From the NCBI RefSeq assembly GCF_006345805.1, contig NC_043024.1:15562001-15626000 (forward strand): DNA of 64,000 nucleotides. Direction: 5' to 3'. Origin of the DNA: Octopus sinensis (Eukaryota). The position numbers were made by a program, and so were the translations under genes. Under the pieces are notes generated by a model, which saw only the letters and a list, made by a program, of their open reading frames with translations, did no database searches and was not told the DNA's origin. Below, in pieces: positions 22,227 through 34,925 of this stretch (the stretch's first letter is position 1; every line of letters begins with the position of its first letter).

Positions 22227-22400
22227 TAAGGTGGTGAGCTGACAGAATCATTTGCATGCTGGGCTCATTGGTATTTTGTCCGTCTTTACGTTCTGAGTTC
22301 AAATTCCACTGAGGTCAACTTTGTCTTTCATCCTTTCAGGGTCAATTAAATAAGTACCAGTTACACAATGGTGTCGATGTAATCGACTCATCGCCTCCCC
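22227..22400 (+). mobile_element. SINE-B starting directly after (ATT)n
   Basis: TTAAGGTGGTGAGCTGACAG...GAGTTCAAATTCC...CTTTCATCCTTTCAGGGTC. Confidence 0.7.
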
Positions 22401-22961
22401 CAAGCTGCCCTTGTGGCAAAAATTTGAAGTCATTATTGTTATTATTATTACGAACAGATTTGGCAGATGGAAACAGAAAGGAGCCCTTCATATACCTTGT
22501 GTATGTATGTAAAAATGTGTGTATCTATGCATGTGCCTTTGCATTGTGTTTGTCCCCTCACCACTGCTTGACATCCAGTGTTGGTTTGTTTACCATCCCT
22601 GTAAATTAACAGTGATGTAAAAGAACCACAGAATAACTTCCAGAATTGAAGAAATAAGCGCTGAGGTTGATCCATTGGACTAAAATCCTTCAAATTGAGG
22701 CTAAAGTAGAAGACACTTGCCGAAGGTGCCACACAGTGGTACTGAACCCAGAACCATGTGGTTGAAAAGCAAACTTCTTATCACACATCCACACCTCATA
22801 TACATACACACACACACATATATATATATATATACACACACACATATATATACACATATATATATATATATGTATACACACACACATATATATACATATA
22901 TATATATATATGTATACACACACATATATATACACACATATATATATGTATACACACACAC

Positions 22962-22992
<31 letters not shown>

Positions 22993-23699
22993 CAAACATA
23001 TATATATATATACACACATATATATACACATATATATATACACACACATATATATACACACATACATATATATATATAATATATATATATATATACACAT
23101 ATATATACATAAGCAAATGCATGCAAACAGACACATGCACTCACTCTTCGTAATTATATAGAATGAGATGCTATTTTTGGCCTATTAAGTAAAGAAAGCA
23201 AAAATACAAATAAAAAAAAATATAAAAAGATAGGCTCGACGCCAGCAGAGTTGGTTCGGTAGAAGAAACTGTAGAATCAATGGAATTCATTAAGTTAGTG
23301 GGTCATTGATAAATTAATGTTGGGTGTTTTTCGGTGAGGAATATTGTAAAACAAGAGATGATATATAATAGGTCATCAGGTGGAATGAAGTCCCGTTAGT
23401 AAGTTAACGAGAAGGGAGTTTTTATAACTTGCAATAACGAATACCGTAATCTTTGCAAACGGTTGTATCTTCATCTGATTCTGACCTGATCCATAATATT
23501 CTGTTATTCTTTTACTTGCTTCAGTTATTTGATTGCGGCCATCCTGGAGCACCACCATTAGTCGAACAAGTCACCTCCAGGACTTATTCTTTGTAAGCCT
23601 GGTACGTATCCTATCGGTCTCTTTTGCTGAACCGCTAAGTTACGGGGACATAAACACACCAGCATCAGTTGTCAAGCGACAGTGGGGGCTGGTGATTGT

Positions 23700-23744
23700 C
23701 ACACGCTGATGACGGTTTACTACTCAGAAACCCAGGTCCGTGTG
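23700..23744 (+). ncRNA. Minimal type-I hammerhead-like motif, canonical core
   Basis: Stem I CACACG/CGTGTG, CTGATGA, weak stem II, GAAA, stem III ACCCAGGT, GUC triplet. Confidence 0.65.
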
Positions 23745-23909
23745 TATCACGTCAGGTTAGAGACGATAACAATGATTTCCCTTCACAAATACTAATCGGG
23801 TACAGACAGTGTGTCATTAGCCAGCTGGAGATGCCTTCCTGGGGCTATAAACTACAGCAGCATCATCCCATATGGGTCAGCCACATTTAGATAGCAAATA
23901 TACTTCACT

Positions 23910-24436
23910 ATCATCATCATCATCATCATCATCGTTTAGCGTCCGTTTTCCATGCTAGCACGGGTTGGACAGTTCTACTGGGGTCTGTGAAGCCCAGTCT
24001 TCATCAGGCCCAGTCAAATCTGGCAGTGTTTCTACGGCTGGATGCCCTTCCTAACGCCAACCACTCCGTGAGTGTAGTGGGTGCTTTTTACGTGCCACCC
24101 GCACAGGTGCCAGACAGAGCTGGCAAACAGCCACGAACGGATGGTGCTTTTTATGTGCCACCGGCACGAGGGCCAGGCGAGGCTGGCAACGGACACGAAC
24201 GGATGGTGCTTTTTACGTGCCACCGGCACGAGGCCAGTCGGGGCAGCACTGGCAATGGTCGCGAAACGGAAGGTTCTCTTACATGCCACCGGCACTGGTA
24301 ACACATCTGCAATTTCCATTGATCGATTTTGATTCTGATCCTCACTTGCCTCAACAGGTCTTCACAAGTAGAGTTTTGTGTCCCAAGAAGGGAAGGTATG
24401 CATACGTAGGCTGGCTCCATCCCATGTAGAAGGCCT
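23910..24436 (-). mobile_element. RTE 3'-UTR fragment (family C), long, four hairpin units
   Basis: Units at 24092, 24155, 24217 and 24283; (CAT)n tail. Confidence 0.85.
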
Positions 24437-25313
24437 ATGTATATACTATTCTTTTACTTGTTTCAGTCATTTGACTGCGGCCATAATAGTAGAAGACACT
24501 TACCCAAGGTGCCACGCAGTGGAACTGAACCCAAGAACCATGTGGTTGGTTAGCAAGCTACTTACCACACAGCCACTTGGGCTTCTTTCAGTTTCCATCT
24601 ACCAAATCCACTAACAAGGCTTTGGTTGGCCCAAGGCTATAGTAGAAAACACATGCTTAAGTGCCACACAGTGGAACTGAACCCAGAACCATGTGGTTGG
24701 GAAGCAAGCTACATACCACATAGCCACGCCTATGTTGTTATCTTCAATCTGTTTCTGTCATTAGACTGCAGCCATGCTGGAGCACCACTTTGGAGAATCA
24801 ACCCCAGTGCTTATGTTAATTCTTTGTTTTGAAGGCTGATACTTATTCTGTCAATCTCTTTTTACTGAACTACTAAGTTATGGGGACATAAACAAAACAA
24901 CACCAGTTATCAAGCAGTGGTGGGGGGCAAAGACACACATGCATAGACACACACACACACATACATGAACAGGCTTCTTTCATTTTCTGTCTACCAAATC
25001 TACACACACAGCTATGGTTAGCCCAGGGCTATGGCAGAAGATACTCGAACAAAGTGCCACACAGTGGGACTGAACCCAGAACCATGTAATTAGGAAGTAA
25101 GCTTCATACCACACAGCCACACTTGCAACTATAAGCAAATGAAACATGTAATGATGAATAAATAATACTGATAATTTTTCTAATCACCTGTTTTGATATG
25201 TAATTACTCCTGTACATGACCCACACAAATATAATGTTTACATACAATTTTGGATTACTGGAATAAGCATATGTGTTTCATGAGTACACAGCTTGGATTA
25301 TAACCCCATCTAC

Positions 25314-25345
<32 letters not shown>

Positions 25346-25350
<5 letters not shown>

Positions 25351-25515
25351 AGAGTTTATGAAAAAAAAACAAAAGATGTAGACAGGTGGTGTACAAAACA
25401 AACAGATGTATTAGTATAATGTTCAAGAATATAAAAAGTCATTTATGTTTCGGGCCTACGCTCTTCTACAGAAAGGGACACAGAAAAAAACAAGGAGAGA
25501 AACAGGGAGAGTAAA
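25346..25515 (-). mobile_element. CTGT(C)GA-core hammerhead-like repeat
   Basis: Minus strand CTTT CTGTAGA A GAGC GTAG GCCC GAAA CAT at 25475-25444; flanked by (TA)n. Confidence 0.6.
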
Positions 25516-25987
25516 AATATATATATATAGTTACTTGGTGACCTCATTAGAGCTGGGGCCACATAAAAAGCATCTGGTCCACACACTAAAATTGTCGACA
25601 TTTGAAAGGACATCTAGTTGAGAAAACCATACCAAAATAGACCTCGTTGGCACTTTAAAAACCACAGAGTCCACTCTGAAAACTATGAACTGAAAGTTTA
25701 GATCTTTCCTTATAATTTCATGTCAGTTAATGATTTTGTCTTTGAAATATGCTTGAAAGATTCAAAAACAAAACAAATCTAGATTTCATACCACCACCTT
25801 GAGGAAAAAAACTTCATATTGACTGTATTATACAACAGCTCTCCTTTTCTCTCCTTCTTACACACACATACACACATGTACATAGTGTTGTGTGCATGTA
25901 TACATAATACATGTATGTACATATGTGTGTGACTATGTATACAGGTAAGTACATATATATATATATATATATGTAAATGTAATATAT

Positions 25988-26166
25988 GACAATTATTCGG
26001 TAGCCCTGATAAAACTTGAAATTTCGGATGACAGGACGGAAACCCACATCACCATCTTTTCAGTTATCCGGCTATCTGATGACCGGATAACTGAAGAGAT
26101 AGCGGCGTGGGTTTCCACCCCGACATCCGAAACTCAGAGTTTCATCATGGCTACTGAATAATTGTC
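25988..26166. repeat. 179-bp palindrome with a hammerhead-like motif in each arm
   Basis: Arms 25988-26071 and 26083-26166; right arm GATAA CTGAAGA [hairpin] C GAAA CTCAGAG TT TCATC. Confidence 0.85.
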
Positions 26167-26274
26167 AATATTATTTTTACAGATAAATTCCTCTATTTAC
26201 ATAATATCGAGGTCCTCTTTCATTCTTTTGTTGTCTTACCATTTTTATCAATATATATATATATTATATATATA

Positions 26275-26374
26275 NNNNNNNNNNNNNNNNNNNNNNNNNN
26301 NNNNNNNNNNNNNNNNNNNNNNNNNNNNNNNNNNNNNNNNNNNNNNNNNNNNNNNNNNNNNNNNNNNNNNNNNN
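26275..26374. other. Assembly gap (100 N)
   Basis: Run of N next to a (TA)n tract. Confidence 0.99.
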
Positions 26375-26552
26375 CTTCCTTACAATTCATACTTCTGCTA
26401 ATGCATGAACGTCACAACACAGCGCTTTTACCTAGCCAACTAAGTGGCTGTCCAACATACTAGAAATAGCAACCAAACCTCCATCATCACTCTACTATCT
26501 TAGCAACAAAAAAAAAAACAGTCCTAGGTGAATATTTTGTATCATTTATCGT

Positions 26553-27364
26553 TTATTACCTTCGCTTTCGCTAAGACGGAGGTATTGTTAGGCGGCGAGC
26601 TGGCAGAAACATTAGCACGCCGAGCGAAATGTCTAACGGTATTTCGTCTGCCGCTACGTTCTGAGTTCAAATTCCGCTGAGGTCGACTTTGCCTTTCATC
26701 CTTTCGGGGTCGATAAATTAAGTACCAGTTACGCACTGGGGTCGATGTAATCGACTTAATCCGTTTGTCTGTCCTTGTTTGTCCCCTCTGTGTCTAGCCC
26801 CTTGTGGGTAATAAAGAAATAGGTATTTCGTCTGCCGCTACGTTCTGAGTTCAAATTTCGCTGAGGTCGACTTTGCCTTTCATCCTTTCGGGTTCGATTA
26901 AATAAGTACCAGTTACGCACTGGGGTCGATGTAATCGACTTAATCCGTTTGTCTGTCCTTGTTTGTCCCCTCTGTTTCTAGCCCCTTGTGGGTAGTAAAG
27001 ATATAGGTATTGTTTCAGTCGTATTTGTTTTGTTTTTTCTTTTGTTTGTCCGTGGACAAGATATCTCAAGAACCGCCGGATGGATTCCGATGAAACTTTC
27101 AGGGATATTTGGCCTCGTGACTGGCACGAACTAATTAGATTTTGGAATTGATCCGGTACCGGCCAAGGATTCTGGATTATTTTTCCAGTTTTTTTTTTTT
27201 TACTTAATTTTTGAGAATGGTCGGGTTCGTTTTTAGTATTCTCGTTTTTGAGTGAGGTCGGGTTTATTTTAGATATTCTCCTTTTAAAAATCATCTCTGG
27301 CTAATCATTGAGAGGACGTTGGTTTTGCCTTGGCAGAGGTTTGCCATCTGTGAGTGCTCTTGTT
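26553..27364 (-). mobile_element. DINE/HINE-like element split by a SINE-B dimer
   Basis: Homologous to 3210-3575; its 3' hairpin lies at 26553-26589, separated from the body by the SINE insertion. Confidence 0.6.
26590..27004 (+). mobile_element. SINE-B head-to-tail dimer
   Basis: One head and two near-identical bodies; 10-bp TSD AGGTATTGTT at 26580-26589 and 27005-27014. Confidence 0.9.
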
Positions 27365-27576
27365 TTTAAATATTTTCAAATTGCTTCAGTTATTAGACCA
27401 CAGCCACACTGGAGCACACCGTTTTGAAGGGCTAAGTCAAACAAATCAATCCCAGAACTTATTTTGTAAGTCAGGCACTTATTTTATCAAACTCTTTTGC
27501 CAAACTGCTAAGTTATGAGATAAATCAACAGCAATTGTCAGTTGTATGGGAAGGAGAACACACACACCCACATATA

Positions 27577-27969
27577 CTCTTTTACTTGTTTCAGTGATTT
27601 GACTGCGGCCATGCTGGAGCACCACCTTTAGTCGAGCAAATCGACCCCGGGACTTATTCTTTGTAAGCCCAGTACTTATTCTATCGGTCTCTTTTGCCAA
27701 ACCGCTAAGTGACGGGACATTAAACACACCAGCATCGGTTGTCAAGCAATGCTAGAGGGACAAACACAGACACACAAACACATACACACACACTTACATA
27801 TATATACATATATACGACAGGCTTCTTTCAGTTTCCGTCTACCAAATTCACTCACAAGGCATTGGTTGGCCCGGGGCTATAGCAGAAGACCCTTGCCCAA
27901 GATGCCACGCAGTGGGACTGAACCCGGAACCATGTGGCTGGTTAGCAAGCTACTTACCACACAGCCACT
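27577..27969 (-). mobile_element. SINE family A, full length
   Basis: Family match. Confidence 0.9.
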
Positions 27970-28239
27970 TTTATCTGTTATCTTTCATTCATTTCAGTTA
28001 GACTGCGGCTATGCTGGAGCACCACCTCAAAGATTTTTTAGTCAGGTATATTGACCCCAGGACTTACGTTTTTAAAGTTTGGTACTCATTTGACTGGTGT
28101 CATGAGAAGTGTGAAGCAGATTCTCCTACCGGGAGTGAATGTTTGGCAGCAGAAAGGGGACGGTTGGGTGGTGTAGGTGGTATGGCAACCACTGTGCTTG
28201 GGAGTGGGTTGGTGGGACACACACACACACACACATATA

Positions 28240-28475
28240 GTTTCTTATTTCTTTATTGCCCACAAGGGGCTAAACATAGAGGGGACAAACAAGGACAGAC
28301 AAAGGGTTTAAGTCGATTACATCGACCCCAGTGAGTAACTGGTACTTATTTAATTGACCCCGAAAGGATGAAAGGCAAAGTCGACCTCAGCGGAACTTGA
28401 ACTCAGAATGTAACAGCAGATGAAATACCACTAAGCATTTCACCCGGTGTGCCAACGTTTCTGCCAGCTCACTGC
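28240..28475 (-). mobile_element. SINE family B monomer
   Basis: Family match including head. Confidence 0.85.
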
Positions 28476-29004
28476 CAGAAACACATAGTTTCTGTCTGTC
28501 AAATTCACACAAAAGGCATTGGTTGGCCCGGAGTTATAGTAAAAAACCCTTGCCCAAGGTGCTGCACTGTAGGACTGAACCCGAGACCATGTGGCTGCTA
28601 AGCAATCTTCTTAACCACTCACCCACACCTATGCCTTGCTTTTCTTTTCAAGTGAGCCATGCAAGCATGGAAAAGTAGTCATTAAATGATACAATGAACA
28701 AATGCCGGATGATGCCTCGCCCTCTTTTGCAGTCGTCTTCTGTCTAGCTCGAACAAATGCCATAGTCTTTAACCAGGGCAGTCTTTGCTGTCATCACCAA
28801 CAGAATGTGGGTGGTGGTGGTGATGGAAATGAAGACAATCATCAACATCGTTGTCATCATCATCATCTTGATGTTCATCGGGTTTGAAAAAATAAAGAAA
28901 CAAGTACTGGCGTTGGTTTATTTGACTGAATGTTCTGCAATGTAGTGCCCCAGCATGGCCGCAATCTATTGACTGAAACAAGTAAACAGTATAAGATAAA
29001 AGAT

Positions 29005-29224
29005 GTTCATCATCATCTTCATCATCATCATCTTCAACATCATCATCTTCATCATTAACATCATCATCATCTTCTTCAACATCATCATCATCATCAACAT
29101 CATCTTTAACATCTTTATCATCTTCAACATCATCACCTTCATTATCATCAACATCATCATCGTCTTCAACATCATCATCATCATCATCATCATCACATCA
29201 TCATCATCATCAACATCATCATCT

Positions 29225-29255
<31 letters not shown>

Positions 29256-29515
29256 CATCTTCATCATCAACATCATCATCATCTTCATCATCAACATCAT
29301 CATCATCATCAACATCATCATCATCATCATCATCATCTTCATCATCAACATCATCATAATCATCATCATCATCAACATCATCATCATCCATCATCATCTT
29401 CATCTTCATCATTTTCAACATCAACATCATCATCATTTTCATCATCCTCATCATCATCAACATTACCATCATCATCAACATCATCATCGTTTCCATCACC
29501 ACCACCACCACCAAC
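29005..29515. repeat. (CAT)n-rich compound microsatellite
   Basis: Read directly. Confidence 0.95.
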
Positions 29516-30108
29516 CATCCTTATTCTGTTGGTGATGACAGTAAAGATTTCTCTGGCAAAAGACTATGGGTACTTGTTAGCACAACACAGCAGACGATTG
29601 CAGAGAAGGGTGGGCGAATGGGAGGGGGTTGGGCAGATGCATTGGTGGGGTAACACGTGTGTGTGTCTGTATGCGGAGGGGTGTGCATGAAGGTGACCTT
29701 TATAATTTCAAAGGGCTAAAAATGTTGGGCAGGTTTTCTCATTTATTTTTGTTATTTTTATTAACAGTTTTATTATTATTCTTTTTATTTTTTTCAAGGA
29801 AATTGAAATTTGATATGTATATATACTGCAAGAGGACCAAAACAAATAACAACGTAGGCCTAGTAGCTACTCTTTTCTCTCTCTTTTACTTGTTTCAGTC
29901 ATTTGACTGTGGCCATGCTGGAGTACCATCTTTAGTCGAGCAAATCAACCCCAGGACTTATTCTTTGTCAGCCTGGTATTTATTCTAGCGATCTCTTTTG
30001 CCGAGCCGCTAAGTTACGGGGACGTAAACACACAAACATCAGTTGTTAAGCGATGTTGGGGAGACAAACACAGACACACAAACTAATACACAAACACATA
30101 CATATCGG

Positions 30109-30695
30109 TTTCTTTACTACCCACAAGGGGCTAAACACAGAGGGGACAAACAAGGACAGACATAGGTATTAAGTCGATTACATCGACCCCAGTGCATAAC
30201 TGGTACTTAATTTATCGATCCCGAAAGGATGAAAGGCAAAGTCGACCTCGGCGGAATTTGACTCAGAATGTAATGGCAGACGAAATACTTTTCTTAATTA
30301 CCCACAAGGGGCTAAACACAGAGGGGACAAACAAGGACAACATAGGTATTAAGTCGATTACATCGACCCCAGTGCATAACTGGTACTTAATTTATCGACC
30401 CCGAAAGGATGAAAGGCAAAGTCGACCTCGGCGGAATTTGAACTCAGAATGTAATGGCAGACGAAATACCTATTTCTTTATTACCCACAAGGGGCTAAAC
30501 ACAGAGGGGACAAACAAGGACAGACATAGGTATTAAGTCGATTACATCGACCCCAGTGCATAACTGGTACTTAATTTATCGACCCCGAAAGGATGAAAGG
30601 CAAAGTCGACCTCGGCGGAATTTGAACTCAGAATGTAATGGCAGACGAAATACTGCAGCATTTCGCCCGGCATGCTAACAATTCTGCCAGCTCGT
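30109..30695 (-). mobile_element. SINE-B trimer (one head, three bodies of about 180-185 bp)
   Basis: Three near-identical units sharing the variants AGTGCATAAC and AATGTAATGGCAG. Confidence 0.9.
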
Positions 30696-31058
30696 TCTGT
30701 CTGTCTGTGTGTGTGTCTGCTAGGATCTCGGGCATCCTCCATCCGACTGTGCTTAAATTTCATATGTAGATACCGACGGTATCAGGGTGTGTATAAGTCT
30801 TGAAAAAATAGCAAAAATCGATTCCAGGTGAGAATGGGATTGATAAAGCCGTGGGAATGTGCATTTGTAAAATCGTTTTTCTTGGAATAGAAAAAAATCT
30901 ATCTTTACTTCTTCTTTTGCTGGTGTCTCAAATTTAGGTTAAATCAGTATTTCTCAAAGGGGAGGTCTATGGGAAGGTCGGACAAGTTGTTTTGAGAAAA
31001 TTTGGTTTAAATGTTTGACAACTCAGCACCATCCATTGGACCGGGGCGTTTTGCTCGT
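30696..31058 (-). mobile_element. Possible DINE/HINE-like element (second family)
   Basis: Unique body bounded by ACGAGCAAAACGCCCCGG and an (ACAG)n end; class inferred from architecture only. Confidence 0.35.
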
Positions 31059-31449
31059 ACATATATATACAACGGGCTTCTTTCGGTTTCCGTCTACGAA
31101 ATCCACTCACAAGGCTTTGGTCAGCCCGAGGCTATAGTAGAAGACACTTGTCCAAGGTGCCACGCAGTGGGACTGAACCCAGAACCATGTGGTTGGTAAG
31201 CAAGCTACTTACCACACAGCCACTCATGCGCCTAATAGATGTGTGCTTGTGTAGTGGGATTTATTAGGGCAAAGAAATTAATAAGTTACAGCCTTATCAT
31301 GACAGACTGAGAGAAAATTAGGCCCCTTTTTTGAAGTATTTAATATCTTCTAACATTTTAATTAGCAATTTCCTTTTATCAGAAATTTTTTGTTTTTGTT
31401 TTTCTCAAAGATATTGTAATATTGCAACAGTCTTTAAGGCGACAAGCGG

Positions 31450-32035
31450 GCATCATCATCATCATCATCATCATCATCGTAATTTTCATCATTATCATTG
31501 TCACCATCATGATGGTGATGGCTGTGACAGTGACGATGTCTATGTTGATGCTGTTGCTGCTGCTGCTGCTGATGATGATGGTGATGATGATGGTGGTGAT
31601 GGTAGCGGTGTGATGACGATGGTGATGGTGATGATAATGATGCTGCTGATGATGATAATAACAACAACAACGATGATGATGATGATGGTGGGGAAGTGAG
31701 TATGAGGATAACAACAACAATGATGAGAATGATGATGATAATGATAATGATAACAATGATGATGATGGTGGTGGTGGTGGTGGTGATGATAATGCCAACA
31801 ATGATGATGGTGATGGTGGTGATAGTGATGATGATAGTGACAACAATGATGATGAAGATGATGATGGTGGTGGTGGTGATGATGATGATAACAACACTAA
31901 TGATGATGATAACGACAACAATGATGATGGTGGTGGTGGTGGTGGTGGTGGTGGTGGTGGTGGTGATGATGATGATAACGACAACAATGATGATAATGAT
32001 GGTGATGATGATGGTGATGATGATGATTGTAATGG
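31450..32035. repeat. (GAT)/(GGT)/(CAT) compound microsatellite
   Basis: Read directly. Confidence 0.95.
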
Positions 32036-32732
32036 TGGATCCAGTTTAATATCTGAGAAGCAAATCAGTCAGAAGCCAACCTTCACCCATGTTTTGGAAA
32101 CTGAAATCTAAGAATGTTTCTCCAAAACCAAAATACCATAACAAATGGAATTCATTTACATTTTTTTACCCTCTTTTTTACTTCCTTGTTTCTTTCTTTT
32201 TCGTTTTTTTTTAACCGAAATTTGAATTTAATCCAAAATTGAAATTCAATAAATGAAACAACAAAAATTTAAATTTTATTCAAAATTAAAATATACAAGC
32301 ATAAGGTGTGGCTGAGTGGTTAAGAAACTTGCTTTACAACCATGTGATTTCAGGTTCAGTCTCACTGTGCTGCACCACCTTGGGCAAGTGTTTTCTAAAA
32401 AGTCCCAGATTGATCAATGCTTTCAGAGGGGGGTTTAATGAACAGAAACTGCATAGAAGCCCTTCGTATATGTCTGTCTGTTTGTGCCTTTCTCTTTTTA
32501 ATTCAGAGTTAATTTTGACTGGCCATCAACTTGGTAGCAAGGTTGTGAAGGTTTCCTTGTTTTACTTGTCATCCTTTTAATCTTAAGAAGATATCATGAT
32601 CATTTGTAGGGTTAAAGGGCAAAAAAGAAACTGATGTAGTTTCTCCAAATCCAATCTGGTCTTATGCGAGCAGATGCACACACTTGGGCGTGTGCAACAA
32701 CACTTCAACCAACATACATACATGTATATATT

Positions 32733-33170
32733 ATCATCATCATCATCATCATTTAACGTCCGTTTTCCATGCTAGCATGGGTTGGACGGTTCAACTGGGG
32801 TCTGTGAAGCCAGAAGGCTGCTTCAGGCCCAGTCTGATCTGGCAGTGTTTCTACGGCTGGATGCCCTTCCTAATGCCAACCACTCCGAGAGTGTAATGGG
32901 TGCATTTTCCGTGCCACCCACACAGGTGCCAGCCGGAGCTGGCAGACGGCCACGGACGGATGGTACTTTTTACTTGCCACCAGCACAGGGGCCAGGCGAG
33001 GCTGGCAACGGCCACGAACAGATGATGCTTTTTACGTGCCACCGGCATGGAGGTCAGTCGGGGCGGCGCTGGCAACGGCCACGATCGGATGGTTCGCTTA
33101 CTTGTAACCGGCACTGGTATCACAGCTGCAATTGCCATTGATGTTGATCGGCTTCGATTTTGGTTCTGCT
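32733..33170 (-). mobile_element. RTE 3'-UTR fragment (family C), four hairpin units
   Basis: Family match. Confidence 0.85.
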
Positions 33171-33529
33171 TTCTAATATCTGATTTGATTTGGTTTGATT
33201 TTGATTTTTATTTTTATATATGTATGTCATTATTTGGTTTTAATTCAACATTTCTGGCCAATAGGGAAAGAACCGGTTTCTAACCTAGATCCAAGTCTCC
33301 TTCATTGGAATTTCAACATCAACAACAGGATATTTTTGTAAGTATGTCTGTATGGCCAAGTGATTAGGATGTCAGACTCTCAATCTTTAGGACGTGGGTT
33401 TGATTTTCAGTCCTGGAGACCTTTTTAAAGGCGGTGCTCCAGCATGGCCACAGTCAAATGACTGAAACAAGTAAAAGAGTATGTATGTATACATGCAGAT
33501 TTGTATGTTTTATTTTACATATGTCTTCT

Positions 33530-33900
33530 CATGCATATAGTTGCATATCTAGACATACTCATATATATTTAAATGATAAACTTCTGGAATGTTTTACAGT
33601 TCCAGTGATGGACTGAATCTGTAGTCTTCGAATCAGCTTTCTCCTTTCTGGTTTTGAGAAGCCTAATTTCTCAAGATTGGTATTTAGGCAGTGTGTTACA
33701 TATCCTAGTACCCCAGTAATTACAGGTATAAACCTGAACATGTAATCTGGATAGAATTACTGCAGATTTCTCAACAGTTCAGCATAGGTATTATCTTTTC
33801 CACTGATCTTCAGCTTTATGTTAACATCCGCTGGGCAGCTGACTTCTACAACCTTACTCAGTTCCTTTTCTCTATCCCAAATTATTGTCAGGTCTATTGT
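33530..33900 (-). pseudogene. Restriction-like endonuclease domain of an R4/Dong/R2-type LINE (3' end)
   Basis: NRPD/IIWDREKELSKVVEVSCPADVNIKLKISGKDNTYAELLRNLQ*FYPDYMFRFIPVITGVLG, a PD...E-x-x-CP-x-D...Y pattern with one frameshift and a stop. Confidence 0.75.
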
Positions 33901-34470
33901 ATGTATGTTCATTCATTCATATTTTCCTTTGAATTTAATTTAAGTTCTTAGCCAGCCGCTAACAATGTGACAAGACTTTTTGAGTCAAGAGTGTTCCTTG
34001 TGTTTGTAAATATGCGGCTGAGGTGGTGTGTTGGTTAAGCTGTCCATGCATACACTTGAGTGTGTGCATCTATTCACATAAGAATCTCAGATAGAGAATT
34101 TTTGGAATGTCTTACAGACCTTCACTGTGCCACTGATAGATTGGATTTGAAGAATCCATGTCAGTTTCTTTTGCTCTTTCTTCATAAAACATATATGTAT
34201 GTACGTACATATGTATGTATGTATTTATTTATGTACGTGTGTATATATGTATGTATATATGTATATACGTATGTATGTACATGTGTATGTGTGTGTATGT
34301 ATGTATGTACATTTGTATGTATGTGTTTGTGTCTGTCTTTGTTCCCCACCACTGCTTGACAACCGATGTTGGTTTGTTTATATTTCCATAACTTGTACAG
34401 TGGGGTTGAACCTTAGACCTTATGGTTGTGATGCAAACTTCTTCCCCACACAACCATACATTTTAGCTGT

Positions 34471-34925
34471 GGAGGCACGTGGCTTAGTGGTTAAGGCATT
34501 GGACTCATGATCGTAGTAAGATTGTGGTTTCAATACCTGGACTGGGCAACACATTGTATTCTTGAGCAAAACACTTCATTTCATGTTGCTTCTGTCCAGA
34601 CACCTGGCAAAATCGAGTAACCCTGCCAAATGAGTAATCCTGTCCTGGTGAGGAATACATATGTCACCTGTGGAGACAAATGGCTCAGTGGTGAGGGTGT
34701 TGAACTTGTGATCATAAGAATGTGGTTTCAATTCCTGGACCACGCAGCGCATTGTGTTCTTGAACAAGACACTTCATTCCACATTGTTCCAGTCCACTCA
34801 GCTGGCAAAAACGAGTCATCCTACGATGGATCAGCATCCTGTCCAGGTGTGGAATATATACACCAGGAATTGGGAAAGCAGCCCTTATGAATTGGCCTGA
34901 CTCAAGAAGAAGGTAGCTTTACCTT
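34471..34925 (+). mobile_element. Two adjacent SINE-D copies
   Basis: Two tRNA-like heads (near 34471 and 34675), each with a TTCTTGA(G/A)CAA(A/G)ACACTTCATT motif. Confidence 0.7.

Larger units (their letters stand above)
20640..22230. repeat. Extended (ATT)n/(ACT)n region hosting several insertions
   Basis: Long trinucleotide tracts read directly, interrupted by C, F and B elements. Confidence 0.9.

Noticed and set aside
23325-23385. Minus-strand CTGATGA...GAAA as a hammerhead
   Set aside because: No stem II or stem I pairing.
26275-26374. N run as a feature boundary
   Set aside because: A standard 100-N gap of unknown size; continuity across it cannot be assumed.
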